From Dehalococcoidia bacterium (GTDB lineage Bacteria > Chloroflexota > Dehalococcoidia > GIF9 > UBA5629): a DNA stretch of 64,000 nt. Each line of letters begins with the position of its first letter. Within the stretch, counting starts at the first letter, position 1. The notes under the pieces are model-generated. The model worked only from the letters and a program-made list of their open reading frames with translations, was not told the DNA's origin and ran no database searches. Position numbers and translations under genes: made by a program. The stretch is from the NCBI GenBank assembly GCA_050011565.1, contig JBEKIW010000002.1, forward strand, positions 160,001 through 224,000. The letters run 5' to 3'. Below, piece by piece: positions 38,682 to 49,215 of the stretch.

Positions 38682-38912
38682 ATGGATAAAAATAATTCTG
38701 GACGATGGACAAATGGATTTTTAGGCTTCTTGGGACTGCTGGGGTTTATGGCCTTTACCATTCACAACCCTTGGCAATTGTTCTTCTTTGCCTTTTTCGG
38801 CTTTTTCGCTTACTTTAGATATTTGAAGAGTGGGCTTAAATATCTGGGCATATTGGGAGCGATAGGAGTTATCGTAGGCATACTTGGTGTGCTAGGCGTG
38901 ATTCCAGTCTAG
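38682..38912 (+). CDS. Small membrane protein (DUF3796-like)
   Basis: GFLGFLGLLGF...FFFAFFGFF. Confidence 0.65.
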   Translation: MDKNNSGRWTNGFLGFLGLLGFMAFTIHNPWQLFFFAFFGFFAYFRYLKSGLKYLGILGAIGVIVGILGVLGVIPV

Positions 38913-39041
38913 CCCCTTGGTCAAAAGAAAAGGTAACTGAACCTCTTTAAGTCTTCGAGGTTGCCAGGTCCTCAGTGCAAGGACTCGTGTTCAAGGACGT
39001 TGATAACAGAAATGGAATTAAAAAGATAGGAGGACTGCTTC

Positions 39042-39620
39042 ATGGACAAATCAATAAAAGGTACAAAGACAGAGAAGAATTTACTCACAGCTTTTGCCGG
39101 TGAGTCCCAGGCGAGAAACAGGTACACTTATTTTGCCAGTGCAGCTAGAAAAGAGGGATTTGAGCAAATCTCCAGCATATTTACGGAAACAGCAGAAAAT
39201 GAAAAGGAACACGCCAAGATATTCTTTCAATATCTGGAAGGCGGCGATACTGAAATAACCGCAGGTTACCCGGCAGGGATGATCAAGGACACCAAATCGA
39301 ATCTAGAAGCTGCCGCTGCTGGAGAAAATATGGAATGGACCACGATCTACGCAAACTTCGCCAAGATTGCTAAAGATGAGGGCTTTCCACAGATTGCCAA
39401 TTCATTCAAGCAAATTGCTGAAGTTGAAAAATTTCATGAATCAAGATACAGAAAACTGGTTAATAACATTATCAATGACGAGGTTTTCAAGAGAAAATCT
39501 ACAATTAAATGGCATTGTAGAAACTGCGGATATGTATTTGAGGGCACCGAAGCGCCTAAAGAATGTCCGGCATGCAAGCATCCTCAGGCATTTTATGAAC
39601 TGCTAGCCGAAAATTATTGA
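39042..39620 (+). CDS. rbr: Rubrerythrin
   Basis: [23 protein letters not shown]...CPAC. Confidence 0.95.
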   Translation: MDKSIKGTKTEKNLLTAFAGESQARNRYTYFASAARKEGFEQISSIFTETAENEKEHAKIFFQYLEGGDTEITAGYPAGMIKDTKSNLEAAAAGENMEWTTIYANFAKIAKDEGFPQIANSFKQIAEVEKFHESRYRKLVNNIINDEVFKRKSTIKWHCRNCGYVFEGTEAPKECPACKHPQAFYELLAENY

Positions 39621-39836
39621 ACATCTATAAAAAGGTGCTTGACTTGGTTCTACGTAAAAGGGATAATTCTATAAGAAGCAGCGCAAACACTCTGATGCAC
39701 GAGGGTTACGACAATGGCGACGAAATCAACTAAGAAGGGTGCAAAATACTTCGTGGATGGTAAGCCAGCTTCTTTATTGGACGTTGTAGAAGCCTAGCTG
39801 AAATCTAAAACCTGACGGTTTAAAAAGGAGGTAATT

Positions 39837-39995
39837 ATGAGTATCTTATTAATTATCGGTATTATTATCCTGGCTTTGTGGCTGCTTGGATTCATCTTTT
39901 TCCGCAGTTTGGGTTGGCTAATCCATATAGCCTTGATTATTGGAGTTATTCTCCTTATCATCTGGCTACTGCGGAGTGTGCTTGGGCTCTTTTAA
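39837..39995 (+). CDS. lmo0937-family small membrane protein (52 aa), not in ORF track
   Basis: AAGGAGG RBS; MSILLIIGIIILALWLLGFIFFRSLGWLIHIAL... Confidence 0.82.
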   Translation: MSILLIIGIIILALWLLGFIFFRSLGWLIHIALIIGVILLIIWLLRSVLGLF

Positions 39996-40009
39996 GCTTT
40001 ATTCATCCG

Positions 40010-40049
40010 TAAAAAAGAAGGGGGTTTTTCCTTTTCGTCCCCTTTTTTT
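40010..40049 (+). terminator. Probable intrinsic terminator
   Basis: AAGGGG...CCCCTT stem followed by a T run, after the small gene. Confidence 0.45.
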
Positions 40050-40258
40050 AGGCGTAGTATTATCCCTATGCCCAGAATTTTGCATTTGGTGCACAATTAT
40101 GCCTATTCCAATTACCTCCGTTACCTTACCTCACCAACCTGTCCACCGGTGACGCTACCAATATCATAACTATTTAACATATCGTGCCTCGATTATATTA
40201 CTTCTACATGTTCACTATGCTATTATTTATTTAATAGTGATTATAGGAGGTGGCATCA

Positions 40259-40441
40259 ATGGCTGATAATATAACTAAAGGAAAATGGAACCAGGTCAAG
40301 GGCAAAGTCAGGGAAGAGACCGGTAAATTAACCGGCAATAAATCACAGGAAATCAGAGGTAAAGGGGAGCAAGCAGCCGGAAAAGTACAGGAACAGTACG
40401 GCAAGGCTAAAAGAAATATCAAAAAAGCAATAGGAGACTAG
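40259..40441 (+). CDS. csbD: CsbD family stress protein
   Basis: KGKWNQVKGKVREETGKLTGN...GKGEQAAGKVQEQYG; GGAGG RBS. Confidence 0.9.
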   Translation: MADNITKGKWNQVKGKVREETGKLTGNKSQEIRGKGEQAAGKVQEQYGKAKRNIKKAIGD

Positions 40442-40500
40442 TCAGATTTAATTTACTATATCGATTATCTGTCCTGTGAAAGCATCAAGCTTATCTTCTG

Positions 40501-40815
40501 TTAGCGTGTATATTTCCGCGCCTTAACTGTTATGTGTTCTTTTCTTATATTAAGTCTCGCACTGAGCTCGTTAGCAAACTTGTGAGCATCTTGCTGCTTC
40601 TCAAAGAGCATTAGCGGGATGCCATGCTTATCCTCGGTCTTCCCTTTAAACTCGGTGATGTGTTTGTCGATGAAAGCTATCAGGTCTCCCTGTCTTTCTG
40701 GTCCTAAGTCCTTGGTAATGTAAACCTCGTGTGAGGCCTCATAGCTTGGAGTGAAGCCATCCCTGGGTCGCCACCTATGTACCGCTCTTTCTTCGTGTTC
40801 TTCGTGTTCCATCAA
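40501..40815 (-). CDS. Hypothetical protein
   Basis: ORF with RBS-like sequence; no motif recognised. Confidence 0.6.
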   Translation of the reverse strand: MMEHEEHEERAVHRWRPRDGFTPSYEASHEVYITKDLGPERQGDLIAFIDKHITEFKGKTEDKHGIPLMLFEKQQDAHKFANELSARLNIRKEHITVKARKYTR

Positions 40816-40957
40816 ATGCCTTTCCTTTCCGTTTCACTATGGCCTGGCCTCAATAATTGTACCACTTCTTAAGTTAGATTTGCCGTCACAATAGAGTTCA
40901 GTTTGAAGCAATCAATTGGCGAGTATTTCCTGTGAGCTTCAATTGCATCCAAGCCTC

Positions 40958-41526
40958 CTACCTCACCAACCTATCCACTGGACTAAACTTCTTATGTGCT
41001 TCCACTGCGTCATATCAAGTGTTACAATTGTGCCAGAAAAGTAAAATTAAAGGGCGAGGAGGAAAGAGGAAGTGAAAGGAAAATTAATCTGGTCAGTATT
41101 CTGGGCGTTGGTTGGGGTTCCTATCATAATAGTCGGTACGCTAGTCGGTACGAGGTTTCCTCCATTCGGACAATTACTTGAGCGTTTTGTCCTTGTCGCC
41201 GTTCTTGCCGTTGGGCTTGTCCTCCTTGGCCTCGGGGTGACATTGATAATCTTGACCGTAAAAGCAAGAATGGGCGGAATGCTCAAGAAGTTCTTACTAT
41301 TAACTGGAGCTTCCGTCGTAGGACTGCCTGTTTTTGGCATCTTGCACAATGCGGTTAGTGCTCTGCTTAACACGGAGGAGCCTGTCTTCTTTATCATTGC
41401 AATCATTGTCTGCCCAATAGGTTTTCTAGTAGGTGCAATCGGAAGCATAGTTCTCACCATCAAGAGGATTAGATAGAGACAGGATAACAAGAAGTCATTT
41501 ATGGCTTGCTTAATGGTAGTAGACAT
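40958..41526 (-). pseudogene. Remnants of a tyrosine recombinase gene: N-terminus 41479-41526 and C-terminus about 40958-41022
   Basis: AAGGAG-ATG MSTTIKQAINDFLLSC; TLDMT (box II-like) and AVEAHKKFSPVDRLVR*; the middle is occupied by an opposite-strand gene. Confidence 0.55.
41072..41476 (+). CDS. Four-TM membrane protein
   Basis: Hydrophobic; ILHN...EEPVFF motif; RBS upstream. Confidence 0.75.
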   Translation: MKGKLIWSVFWALVGVPIIIVGTLVGTRFPPFGQLLERFVLVAVLAVGLVLLGLGVTLIILTVKARMGGMLKKFLLLTGASVVGLPVFGILHNAVSALLNTEEPVFFIIAIIVCPIGFLVGAIGSIVLTIKRIR

Positions 41527-41690
41527 TGAACCTCTCCTTATTCTTGTTTGAGTGCGTGCGACGATATACGAGAATCGAGAGAAGGTCAATAGCTTTGTGG
41601 CACATAAACTGAATATGATATTGGGGAAGGACAATACTTAATGACGTTGTTATAATATGTTTGAATTTGAATATCTAATGGGGAGGAGTT

Positions 41691-41966
41691 ATGTCACAAG
41701 AAGAGAAACCAGATAAGAAACCAGCGGCTGATAACTTTGCCGAAATGTTCAGGGCTTTCGGTCAGGCAATTGGTGAGGTGTTCGACGACCCGGAACTGAA
41801 AAGGAAAGCAAAAGAATTCGCTGACAGTGCTACAGATTCAGCAAAAACCCTGGCAAATAGATTTAAGGACGAGGATGTCAAAGCTAAATTCAGAGACGTG
41901 GGCAAGGCAGCTGAAGAATTCGGCAAGAGTGTGGCGGATAATTTCAAGACAGAGAAGAAAGAATAA
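41691..41966 (+). CDS. Small helical hypothetical protein
   Basis: GGAGG RBS; amphipathic repeats. Confidence 0.7.
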   Translation: MSQEEKPDKKPAADNFAEMFRAFGQAIGEVFDDPELKRKAKEFADSATDSAKTLANRFKDEDVKAKFRDVGKAAEEFGKSVADNFKTEKKE

Positions 41967-41969
41967 TTC

Positions 41970-42044
41970 TGGTGGCAGCGACTGGATTTGAACCAGTGAC
42001 CAAGGGCTTATGAGTCCCCTGCTCTGCCACTGAGCTACGCTGCC
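41970..42044 (-). tRNA. tRNA with CAT anticodon, probably elongator Met (Ile2 not excluded)
   Basis: Reverse complement GGCAGCGTAGCTCAGTGG...CT-CAT-AA...GGTTCAAATCC...GCCACCA; G2-C71 and C3-G70, no C4-G69. Confidence 0.92.
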
Positions 42045-42164
42045 ACGGTCTAAAAGTTAGCACAGCCGGCGTGGGGTGTCAAACCCAGAAATTGCTTATT
42101 AGCTAACTCTGGATTCTTCGCCCCCAGGGGTTCAGAATGACACGGGTGGGAATGCTAAAGCGTA

Positions 42165-43802
42165 TCAAACCTTCCTGGACTGCCTTGATCTTTTCACCGA
42201 GCCGGACCTGAAATGCTGGCACAGGGCCGCCCGGGCGCGGTAGTCTTCAACCTGCCGTCGCTGTTCAGCCTGGCTCCACTTCAGAAGCCGTCCCATCTCC
42301 TGCGCCACTGTCTCCACTGCGTCCAGGCCCTGACACGACATCAGCCCTGCATTACTGCGGCGGAGCAGGAAATCAGCCACGGTCAAAGCGCTTTCTTCCT
42401 TTACGCTGTGCTCCACCTGAGCCAGGATGTCCGGACTGTGGGGACAGAGGCGCTGCCCGCCTCGCTTGTTGCTCTCCACCAACTTTAAAACCTGGGAAAA
42501 ACGGGAACCGTAGAGGGCGGCAAGATGCCTTACCGTGTTCAAAGGCAGGCTGCTTTCCCGAGCGGCACTAGCCATCTTTTCCTGCGACACCGCAGGTGCC
42601 CCGGGCAGCGGTACTTCGGCTGTAGTGCAAGCTGCTTTCACTCCGAGCTTGCGACAAACGGTATCGACGGCATCTTTGGCCACAGCGCGGTAGGCGGTTA
42701 TCTTACCTCCCAGCACCGAGACCAGGCCCTCTATACCATCCCTCAGCTTGTGGTCGAGCACCCTGTGCTCACGTGTAATATCAGACGGCCGCTCGCCGCC
42801 GCTGTGAACCAGCGAACGCAACCCAGCCATGGTGAAAAATATGTCTTCCTCGCGCAACTTAGGGAATATCTGGCGGACGCTGCCCAGCATGTAGTCTACA
42901 TCAGATTTACCGGCACAAACAGCATCGAGATCACCCTTGTAATCGGTATCGGTGGTACCTATCAGAGTATAATCCAGCCACGGCATAACAAAGAAAAGAC
43001 GCCCGTCGACGGGTGAAAATAAGACCAGCGCCTTTTGTGTCAGCCTGGGAGTCAGCAAATGTATGCCCTTGGTCCGGCGTACCGTGCTGGCCGGACCACT
43101 GCGGAGCAAATCCCTGACGCAATCGACCCAATGTCCGGCCGCGTTGACCACCAGCCGCGCCTTAATCTTATGGGTCTCTCCAGACAGGCAGTCCAGCATT
43201 TCTATGCCGCGTACGTCATTACCATCTCTTAGAAACCCGGTTAGTTGAGCATGGTTCATGATAACGGCACCGTTTTCGGCGGCACTAAGTACATTCTCTA
43301 TGCCCAGACGCTCGGTATAAGGCGCCTGGCAGTCGTAGTAGAGTAAAGCACCTCTCAGACCTTTCAGCCCCTCGAGTTCCGGCTCTATTTCCAGAACCTC
43401 ACTCCGCGAAAGATGCTGGTGGGATGGCATGGACTTGCCCGAAGCCATCACATCATACATGCGCAGGCCGATGCTCAGAGCTACCTCGTAATAAAGGTTG
43501 GTTATGGGTATGATGAAAGGAAAGGCATGCACCAGGTGAGGCGCAATTTTCAATAGAACCTCTCGCTCCAGCAAGTCCTGGCGCACCAGGTGAAACTCGA
43601 GCATTCGCAGATAGCGCAGTCCACCATGAATCAAGCGCGAGGAACGAGAAGTGGTGCCGTAGCCGAAGTCTTCCTTTTCGATTAGCAAAGTCTTTATGCC
43701 GCGGAGAGAGGCATCCCGGGCAATGCCCGTGCCTATAATGCCGCCACCCACTACAATCAGGTCGAATTTTTCCCTGGCAATGGCACCGATGTCTCTTTTC
43801 AT
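42165..43802 (-). CDS. glpD: FAD-dependent glycerol-3-phosphate dehydrogenase
   Basis: GGGIIG, GTTSRSSRLIHGGLRYL, GTTD, GGKITAYR. Confidence 0.92.
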   Translation of the reverse strand: MKRDIGAIAREKFDLIVVGGGIIGTGIARDASLRGIKTLLIEKEDFGYGTTSRSSRLIHGGLRYLRMLEFHLVRQDLLEREVLLKIAPHLVHAFPFIIPITNLYYEVALSIGLRMYDVMASGKSMPSHQHLSRSEVLEIEPELEGLKGLRGALLYYDCQAPYTERLGIENVLSAAENGAVIMNHAQLTGFLRDGNDVRGIEMLDCLSGETHKIKARLVVNAAGHWVDCVRDLLRSGPASTVRRTKGIHLLTPRLTQKALVLFSPVDGRLFFVMPWLDYTLIGTTDTDYKGDLDAVCAGKSDVDYMLGSVRQIFPKLREEDIFFTMAGLRSLVHSGGERPSDITREHRVLDHKLRDGIEGLVSVLGGKITAYRAVAKDAVDTVCRKLGVKAACTTAEVPLPGAPAVSQEKMASAARESSLPLNTVRHLAALYGSRFSQVLKLVESNKRGGQRLCPHSPDILAQVEHSVKEESALTVADFLLRRSNAGLMSCQGLDAVETVAQEMGRLLKWSQAEQRRQVEDYRARAALCQHFRSGSVKRSRQSRKV

Positions 43803-43883
43803 ACTTTTCTCCGTTGATAGTTTATTTTCACCCTCACCTTATTCCTCTCTCCCCTGGCGGGAGAGAGTTAGAGTGAGGGGGTG

Positions 43884-45386
43884 TCAGCTTTCGACCCAGC
43901 CGCGGGCACGTTCTACGGCACGTTTCCAGCCGGCATAAAGTGTCTCACGTTGGTCAACAGACATCTTCGGTTCAAAGGTTTCGGCTGCTTTCCACATCCG
44001 GGCAAGCTGAGCCGTGTCTCGCCACATGCCGACTGCCAGACCGGCCAGGTAGGCAGCGCCCAAAGACGTGGTCTCAGCTATGGCTGCCAGCTGTATGGGT
44101 ATACCCAGTATATCGGCCTGAAACTGCATCATGAGTGAATTGGCGGTGCCGCCGCCATCTACACGGAGCACTGGTAGCTTGAGGCCAGATTCAGCACCCA
44201 TAGCATCGGCTACATCCCGTACCTGGTAGGCGATAGCTTCCAGCGTAGCCCTGGCCAGATGCCCGCTGGTGATACCTCGAGTAAGTCCAACGATGGTGCC
44301 CCGGGCATACATATCCCAGTAAGGAGCACCAAGTCCCACGAAGGCAGGAACAAAGTAAACACCGCCGTTATCAGGCACTGATTTGGCGAGTGCCTCGCTC
44401 TCGCCGGCGGTTTTTATCAGGCGTAAGCCGTCACGTAACCACTGGACGGCGGCGCCGGTGATAAAGACACTGCCTTCCATAGCATAAATGACCTTGCCCC
44501 CCAGACCCCAGGCTACGGTTGTAATCAGCCCTTTCTCAGACGGGATTGGCCTGTCACCGGTGTTGAGCAGAATGAATGAACCCGTGCCGTAAGTGTTCTT
44601 GGCCATACCTGCCTGGTAACACGCCTGGCCGAAAAGAGCTGCTTGCTGGTCGCCGGCAATGCCGGCTAGAGGCACCCGCGCATCACCCAGCAGGCCGGCG
44701 GCGGTCTCCCCATAAACCTGGCTTGAAGACATCGCTTTGGGAAGAACGGCCTCAGGTATGTCCAATTGAGCCAATAGTTCCTTATCCCATTGAAGAGTAT
44801 GAATATTAAACAGCATAGTGCGGGAGGCATTACTATAGTCGGTAATATGGACGGCGCCACCGGTTAGATTCCAGACCAGCCAGCTATCTATCGTCCCGAA
44901 CAAGAAGTCGCCCTGCCGGGCACGACGTTGACCATCGGGCACGTTATCCAGAATCCAGCGCAGCTTGGTAGCGGAGAAATAAGCATCAACGAGCAGTCCG
45001 GTCTTGTCCCTGATAGGCTTAACCATGCCTTTCTGCTTAAGTTCTTCGCAAATCGGTGCGGTGCGACGGCACTGCCAGACTATGGCGTTGCTCACCGGCT
45101 TTCCGGTGCGGCGGTCCCAGACCACGGTCGTCTCCCGCTGGTTGGTGATGCCCAGTCCTTTTACCTGAGAGGCAGCCACCCCCGCCTGTTGCAGTGCTTC
45201 TTTAGCCACGGCCAATGAGGTTTGGAAAATCTCTACCGGGTCATGCTCCACCCAGCCGGGCTGTGGATAAATCTGACGTATCTCACGGTCGGCGCTGGAC
45301 ACTACCTGTCCCAGGTCATCAAACAACAAAGCAGCGCTTCCCGTGGTTCCCTGGTCGATAACTAGAATATAGCTCTTACCGGGCAT
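43884..45386 (-). CDS. glpK: Glycerol kinase
   Basis: [36 protein letters not shown]. Confidence 0.96.
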   Translation of the reverse strand: MPGKSYILVIDQGTTGSAALLFDDLGQVVSSADREIRQIYPQPGWVEHDPVEIFQTSLAVAKEALQQAGVAASQVKGLGITNQRETTVVWDRRTGKPVSNAIVWQCRRTAPICEELKQKGMVKPIRDKTGLLVDAYFSATKLRWILDNVPDGQRRARQGDFLFGTIDSWLVWNLTGGAVHITDYSNASRTMLFNIHTLQWDKELLAQLDIPEAVLPKAMSSSQVYGETAAGLLGDARVPLAGIAGDQQAALFGQACYQAGMAKNTYGTGSFILLNTGDRPIPSEKGLITTVAWGLGGKVIYAMEGSVFITGAAVQWLRDGLRLIKTAGESEALAKSVPDNGGVYFVPAFVGLGAPYWDMYARGTIVGLTRGITSGHLARATLEAIAYQVRDVADAMGAESGLKLPVLRVDGGGTANSLMMQFQADILGIPIQLAAIAETTSLGAAYLAGLAVGMWRDTAQLARMWKAAETFEPKMSVDQRETLYAGWKRAVERARGWVES

Positions 45387-45450
45387 TGATAATGCTCAGT
45401 CGTCTGGGCGCAAATCATGCCTAGTATGGCATGTTATGTCCCAGTTGGCT

Positions 45451-45780
45451 TTATTTTTCCTCAAAGGCCTCGATAGCGATGCAGCTATGCGCCAGAGCAC
45501 CGCCGGCTCGCAGAGATGCGGCCACAAATATCGCCTCAGCCAGTTCTCCATCCATAGCGCCTGCCTTCTTGGCCCTTTTGGTATGTGCTTCTATGCAGTA
45601 GGGACACTGGGTGACATGAGCGCAGGCTACAGCAATAAGCTCTTTAATCTTTGTGCTAAGGGCTCCCTCGGCAAAGACCTTGCCGTCGAAATCCATAAAA
45701 GCCTGCAAAATCTCAGGTTTCAATTGATACAGCTTGCCTAATTTAGCAATGCTGTCTTTACGATAGTGACATTCAGCCAT
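45451..45780 (-). CDS. Carboxymuconolactone decarboxylase/AhpD family protein
   Basis: KELIAVACAHVTQCPYCIEAH. Confidence 0.88.
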   Translation of the reverse strand: MAECHYRKDSIAKLGKLYQLKPEILQAFMDFDGKVFAEGALSTKIKELIAVACAHVTQCPYCIEAHTKRAKKAGAMDGELAEAIFVAASLRAGGALAHSCIAIEAFEEK

Positions 45781-45827
45781 CTTGAACTCCTTTTTTCGAT
45801 ACAAAATCCAGGCTTTATCAACCTATT

Positions 45828-46664
45828 TTATCGGATGTGCTTTGTCAGCCAGGCTTCCATATCGACGAAGACCTGCTCACGCTCCGGTTCATTGCAAATC
45901 TCATGGTAGCAGTTGTCGTACAGCTTCAGCGTCTTGTCTTTTGAGCCTACCCGCTCAAACAGCAGTTTACTTCCCCGCGGGTCAGACAGCTGGTCAGCGA
46001 AACCATGCATAATCAGTACGGGCAGCTTTATCCTGGGCATCTGTTCCGGCAGCTGCTTCCACATCCTGGCCAGCTCGGCACCCGTCCGGGCAGGGACCTT
46101 CCCCCGGAATACAAGCGGGTCATTGACGTAGGCATCCACAACAGCCTTGTCGCGGCTGATGAAGGAAGCATCGAGGACGGTTACACCCATTTTCGGCAGC
46201 AGCGCGGAGACTATCCCGGCCATGGCGAGTAATGCCGGCGAAACACTGGTGGTTGGTACGAGGCTTGACCCGGAAAGTATAAGCCCGGCGAGGTCCTCTT
46301 GATGTTCTACCGCGTAGGCGGTGGCAATAGTGCCGCCCAGACTATGCCCGAAAAGGAAAATCCTGGCATTTTTATTATCTTTACGCACCATGTCAAAAAA
46401 GGTTTTAAGGTCGATGAGGTAATCGTTGAAGTTGTCGACATAGGACCGCGTGCCCTCTGATTTGCCGTGACCTCGATGGTCAAGTGCGTAGACGGCATAT
46501 CCCTTGGGAACGAAGTAATCGACCAGGTTTTTATAACGTCCGCTGTGCTCAGCCAGGCCGTGAGCGACAAGCAGCACAGCCTTGGGTTTTTTATCCGGCA
46601 GCCAGTATTGGTAATAGAGTTTAAGCCCTTTATATCCGACGAATTTACCTTCTTTATGATTCAT
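45828..46664 (-). CDS. Monoglyceride lipase/lysophospholipase (alpha/beta hydrolase)
   Basis: HGLAEHSGRY, DHRGHG, GHSLG, HG..D, HE. Confidence 0.9.
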   Translation of the reverse strand: MNHKEGKFVGYKGLKLYYQYWLPDKKPKAVLLVAHGLAEHSGRYKNLVDYFVPKGYAVYALDHRGHGKSEGTRSYVDNFNDYLIDLKTFFDMVRKDNKNARIFLFGHSLGGTIATAYAVEHQEDLAGLILSGSSLVPTTSVSPALLAMAGIVSALLPKMGVTVLDASFISRDKAVVDAYVNDPLVFRGKVPARTGAELARMWKQLPEQMPRIKLPVLIMHGFADQLSDPRGSKLLFERVGSKDKTLKLYDNCYHEICNEPEREQVFVDMEAWLTKHIR

Positions 46665-46784
46665 GCACCTGCCCTCCAACTGTAATTTTCCAATTCCCGG
46701 TTGCTGCCGGAGCGGTCTGAACAATAATTTGCGATGAAGGTCCTTCTGTTACAGGAATATTCTAAATAATGCCGCGCCTAACTC

Positions 46785-46895
46785 TCAATTCCTTCGAGTT
46801 CTAACGCCAGCCAAAATATACATAAATGGCAGCAGGAATATCCACAGAGCCCACAGTGCGTAAAATATAACCCAATCCAACTTCCGCGTCTTCAT
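46785..46895 (-). CDS. Possible 36-aa membrane peptide
   Basis: MKTRKLDWVIFYALWALWIFLLPFMYILAGVRTRRN*; TTGACA just upstream. Confidence 0.35.
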   Translation of the reverse strand: MKTRKLDWVIFYALWALWIFLLPFMYILAGVRTRRN

Positions 46896-46961
46896 GACGT
46901 ACTACATTAATACTTCGACAGAAGGTGTGTCAAGTGGTCGGTATGTATAATTCTGCCGTCC

Positions 46962-48110
46962 TCACAACTGGTAAAGGATAGAATACATATAAAGATAGAA
47001 CTGGGCAGCCTCGGAGATGACATGGTGGAGGTTGGAAATTCGAGCCTTCAACAGGTCTTCAATGCTAACGTGGTAGAACTGGCGAAAAATTCTGAAGTAG
47101 ACCTTATTTTTATCATCAATAGCGTCGACGAGCTTACATGATTCCACCCAGGGTATGACGTCATCGTTAAAGGTGTGGATAATAGCGATTTTGGTGTTGT
47201 GCTGCGCAATTTTCGTGTGGGGGGACAAACTATTAAGAGTTCGCCGCACCTTCGGGTCGAGCTTTTCCCAGAGTTCTCCGACTCGTTTGGGGTCACGATT
47301 AGTAAGCAGTTCATACGTGGCTTGCCCCGAAGGAGAAAGGCGGTTCTTCAGTGAATCTGTGGAGTTGCCTCTCAGCAGTTTCTCGAGGCAGGCTCTGTCC
47401 GAGGCATCAGGTAACAGCTCAACCAGCCACTTAGGTGCTTCCTCTATCAGAAGGTCTCGGGGTTTCCAAGGTTTGGCCTCACCACCATCAATGTAGCGCA
47501 GCGCAAGAACAGCTTGCAGCCAGTCGTTAATATTATAAAAGCCGCCCCAGCAAGTGATAACGGCGACATTCCGGCTGCTGTTTGGTTCGGCCGCCGCCAA
47601 AAAAACCAGCGGCGCGCTGAGACAGACACCCATCAGACCTATCTTTCCATTGCAGAACTCTCGCTCCGAAAGATAGCGAACGCCGGCGACCAGTGCGTCT
47701 ACATCATCCTGATGCAGCCGTAGTCTGCTCAAGTTTTCCAGTTGCGGCACCAGCGCAATATAGCCGGCACTGGCCAAGCTCTGCCCGCCGAATCTCAGCG
47801 CTCTATCGTCTTTGCCACCCTTGATGGCGCCGTGAGCCAGGATTAGACCTGAATGTCGTCTTTTGTCATTTGGACGATATAAATTGGCAACTATGTACCG
47901 GTCACCGCAACCAAACGTGACCTCAGAGACATGAATATTTCCAGGTATAGAACCGGTATTCTTTTTATAGCTGATACCCAGGCTCACTATCATAGCCGCG
48001 GTTTTAAGTCCCACCCGAACCGGCCTGGCTAGAAAAACTACAGCCAGCACAGCCAGGGCAAGTAAGCCCACCAATATCCACTGCCAGTTATGGGTCAAAA
48101 ACTCAAACAT
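46962..48110 (-). CDS. Membrane-anchored alpha/beta hydrolase-fold protein
   Basis: N-terminal TM helix; HG, GVCLS at the nucleophile elbow, H..DDVIP, H. Confidence 0.7.
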   Translation of the reverse strand: MFEFLTHNWQWILVGLLALAVLAVVFLARPVRVGLKTAAMIVSLGISYKKNTGSIPGNIHVSEVTFGCGDRYIVANLYRPNDKRRHSGLILAHGAIKGGKDDRALRFGGQSLASAGYIALVPQLENLSRLRLHQDDVDALVAGVRYLSEREFCNGKIGLMGVCLSAPLVFLAAAEPNSSRNVAVITCWGGFYNINDWLQAVLALRYIDGGEAKPWKPRDLLIEEAPKWLVELLPDASDRACLEKLLRGNSTDSLKNRLSPSGQATYELLTNRDPKRVGELWEKLDPKVRRTLNSLSPHTKIAQHNTKIAIIHTFNDDVIPWVESCKLVDAIDDKNKVYFRIFRQFYHVSIEDLLKARISNLHHVISEAAQFYLYMYSILYQL

Positions 48111-48165
48111 TTTTTACACCGGGCGATTTAAACTTTAATTGGCAAGTCCATTTTTGTCAAACCGT

Positions 48166-48966
48166 TTAGTCTTGAGGTTCCCGGTTAAAATTCTTACTGT
48201 CTCCTAATGCCTCGACTATTCTGTCCCTGGCAAAAGAGACTACTTTACTATTTAGATGCACTTCATCAGCAGCGTATTCCTTCTTTATAAATCCGTTTTC
48301 ATCCGCGGCAATCGACTGCATGTCTATGAAAGGAACCCCGCTTCTCCGGCAGAACTCACCAAGTTTTTTGTTAAATTCTCTGGATATCTCACTTCTCTGT
48401 TCCGGGCTGCCGAGGAAGGGGAGATTTGACTCGAAGTCTTTTCGTGCCGCCGGCGGCAGGCCGTGAACGCACACTGCGAATCCTTCAGCCTTCAGCCTTC
48501 TAATCGTCTCCCCGTATTTCTCTACGGTAGCATCAATGAGTCTCTCGATGCTTATCTTCTCGTTATTCTTTTCATACTGAAGGTATATATGCACACGGGC
48601 ATCTATTTCACCAAAAACCAAAAGCAAGACATCCCTCCGTTTATTTATTGCGGGCAAGAACGAATTCAAATATTTCTTCGACTGGGAGAAGCTGTTGTCC
48701 TTGTTCAGATTGTAGGCAGTTGCCTGTGATATGTGATGCAATAAAAAAGGGCTTCTAAACACGAAGGGCTTCAAGTGGCTGTCACCTACAACATGAATTA
48801 TGGCGCGATTAAACAATTTGGCTTCTAACATGAGCCCCGCGTTATATAGGCACAGCCAGGGATATTTAAAAAATACGTCAATATAGCTGAAATAAATGGA
48901 GCCTCTTTGTTGCAGCTCTTCTCTCAGCCGTGTATCTATTCTTTGAAAAACGGCCTTAACCATCAT
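48166..48966 (-). CDS. SGNH/GDSL hydrolase-like protein
   Basis: GDSH, FGEID, DEVHL. Confidence 0.75.
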   Translation of the reverse strand: MMVKAVFQRIDTRLREELQQRGSIYFSYIDVFFKYPWLCLYNAGLMLEAKLFNRAIIHVVGDSHLKPFVFRSPFLLHHISQATAYNLNKDNSFSQSKKYLNSFLPAINKRRDVLLLVFGEIDARVHIYLQYEKNNEKISIERLIDATVEKYGETIRRLKAEGFAVCVHGLPPAARKDFESNLPFLGSPEQRSEISREFNKKLGEFCRRSGVPFIDMQSIAADENGFIKKEYAADEVHLNSKVVSFARDRIVEALGDSKNFNREPQD

Positions 48967-49065
48967 AATTTTTAGACAGACACAGAACCGGCCTTACTTT
49001 ACCATTGAGAAACTACAACTTTCAATCTATGAAGGAGCTTTAAGATGGAGGCTGTATAGAAAGAA

Positions 49066-49211
49066 AAAGTCCCGAGTAACCTCACTCGTTCCCGGCGCTT
49101 CCTCCGCTTGCGTTCTCGGCTTCGGCTTACTTTGTTTGCGGTAGGTTACCGCACCCTTCAGCCTGCACCGAACTCCACCCGCCGGGTCTAAGCTTGACCA
49201 CTCGGAACTTT
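49066..49211 (-). ncRNA. Rod-shaped ncRNA candidate, 6S RNA-like
   Basis: 16-bp terminal stem plus nested stems; own promoter directly upstream; U-rich 3' end. Confidence 0.6.
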
Positions 49212-49215
49212 ATTA

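Noticed and set aside
41047-41634. 195-aa minus-strand ORF
   Set aside because: Mostly antisense to the membrane gene; only MSTTIKQAINDFLLSC looks like a real remnant
49066-49211. RNase P or SRP RNA (contains AAGGGTGCGGTAA)
   Set aside because: Lacks the RNase P GAGGAAAGUCC motif and is far too short; no SRP domain IV motif
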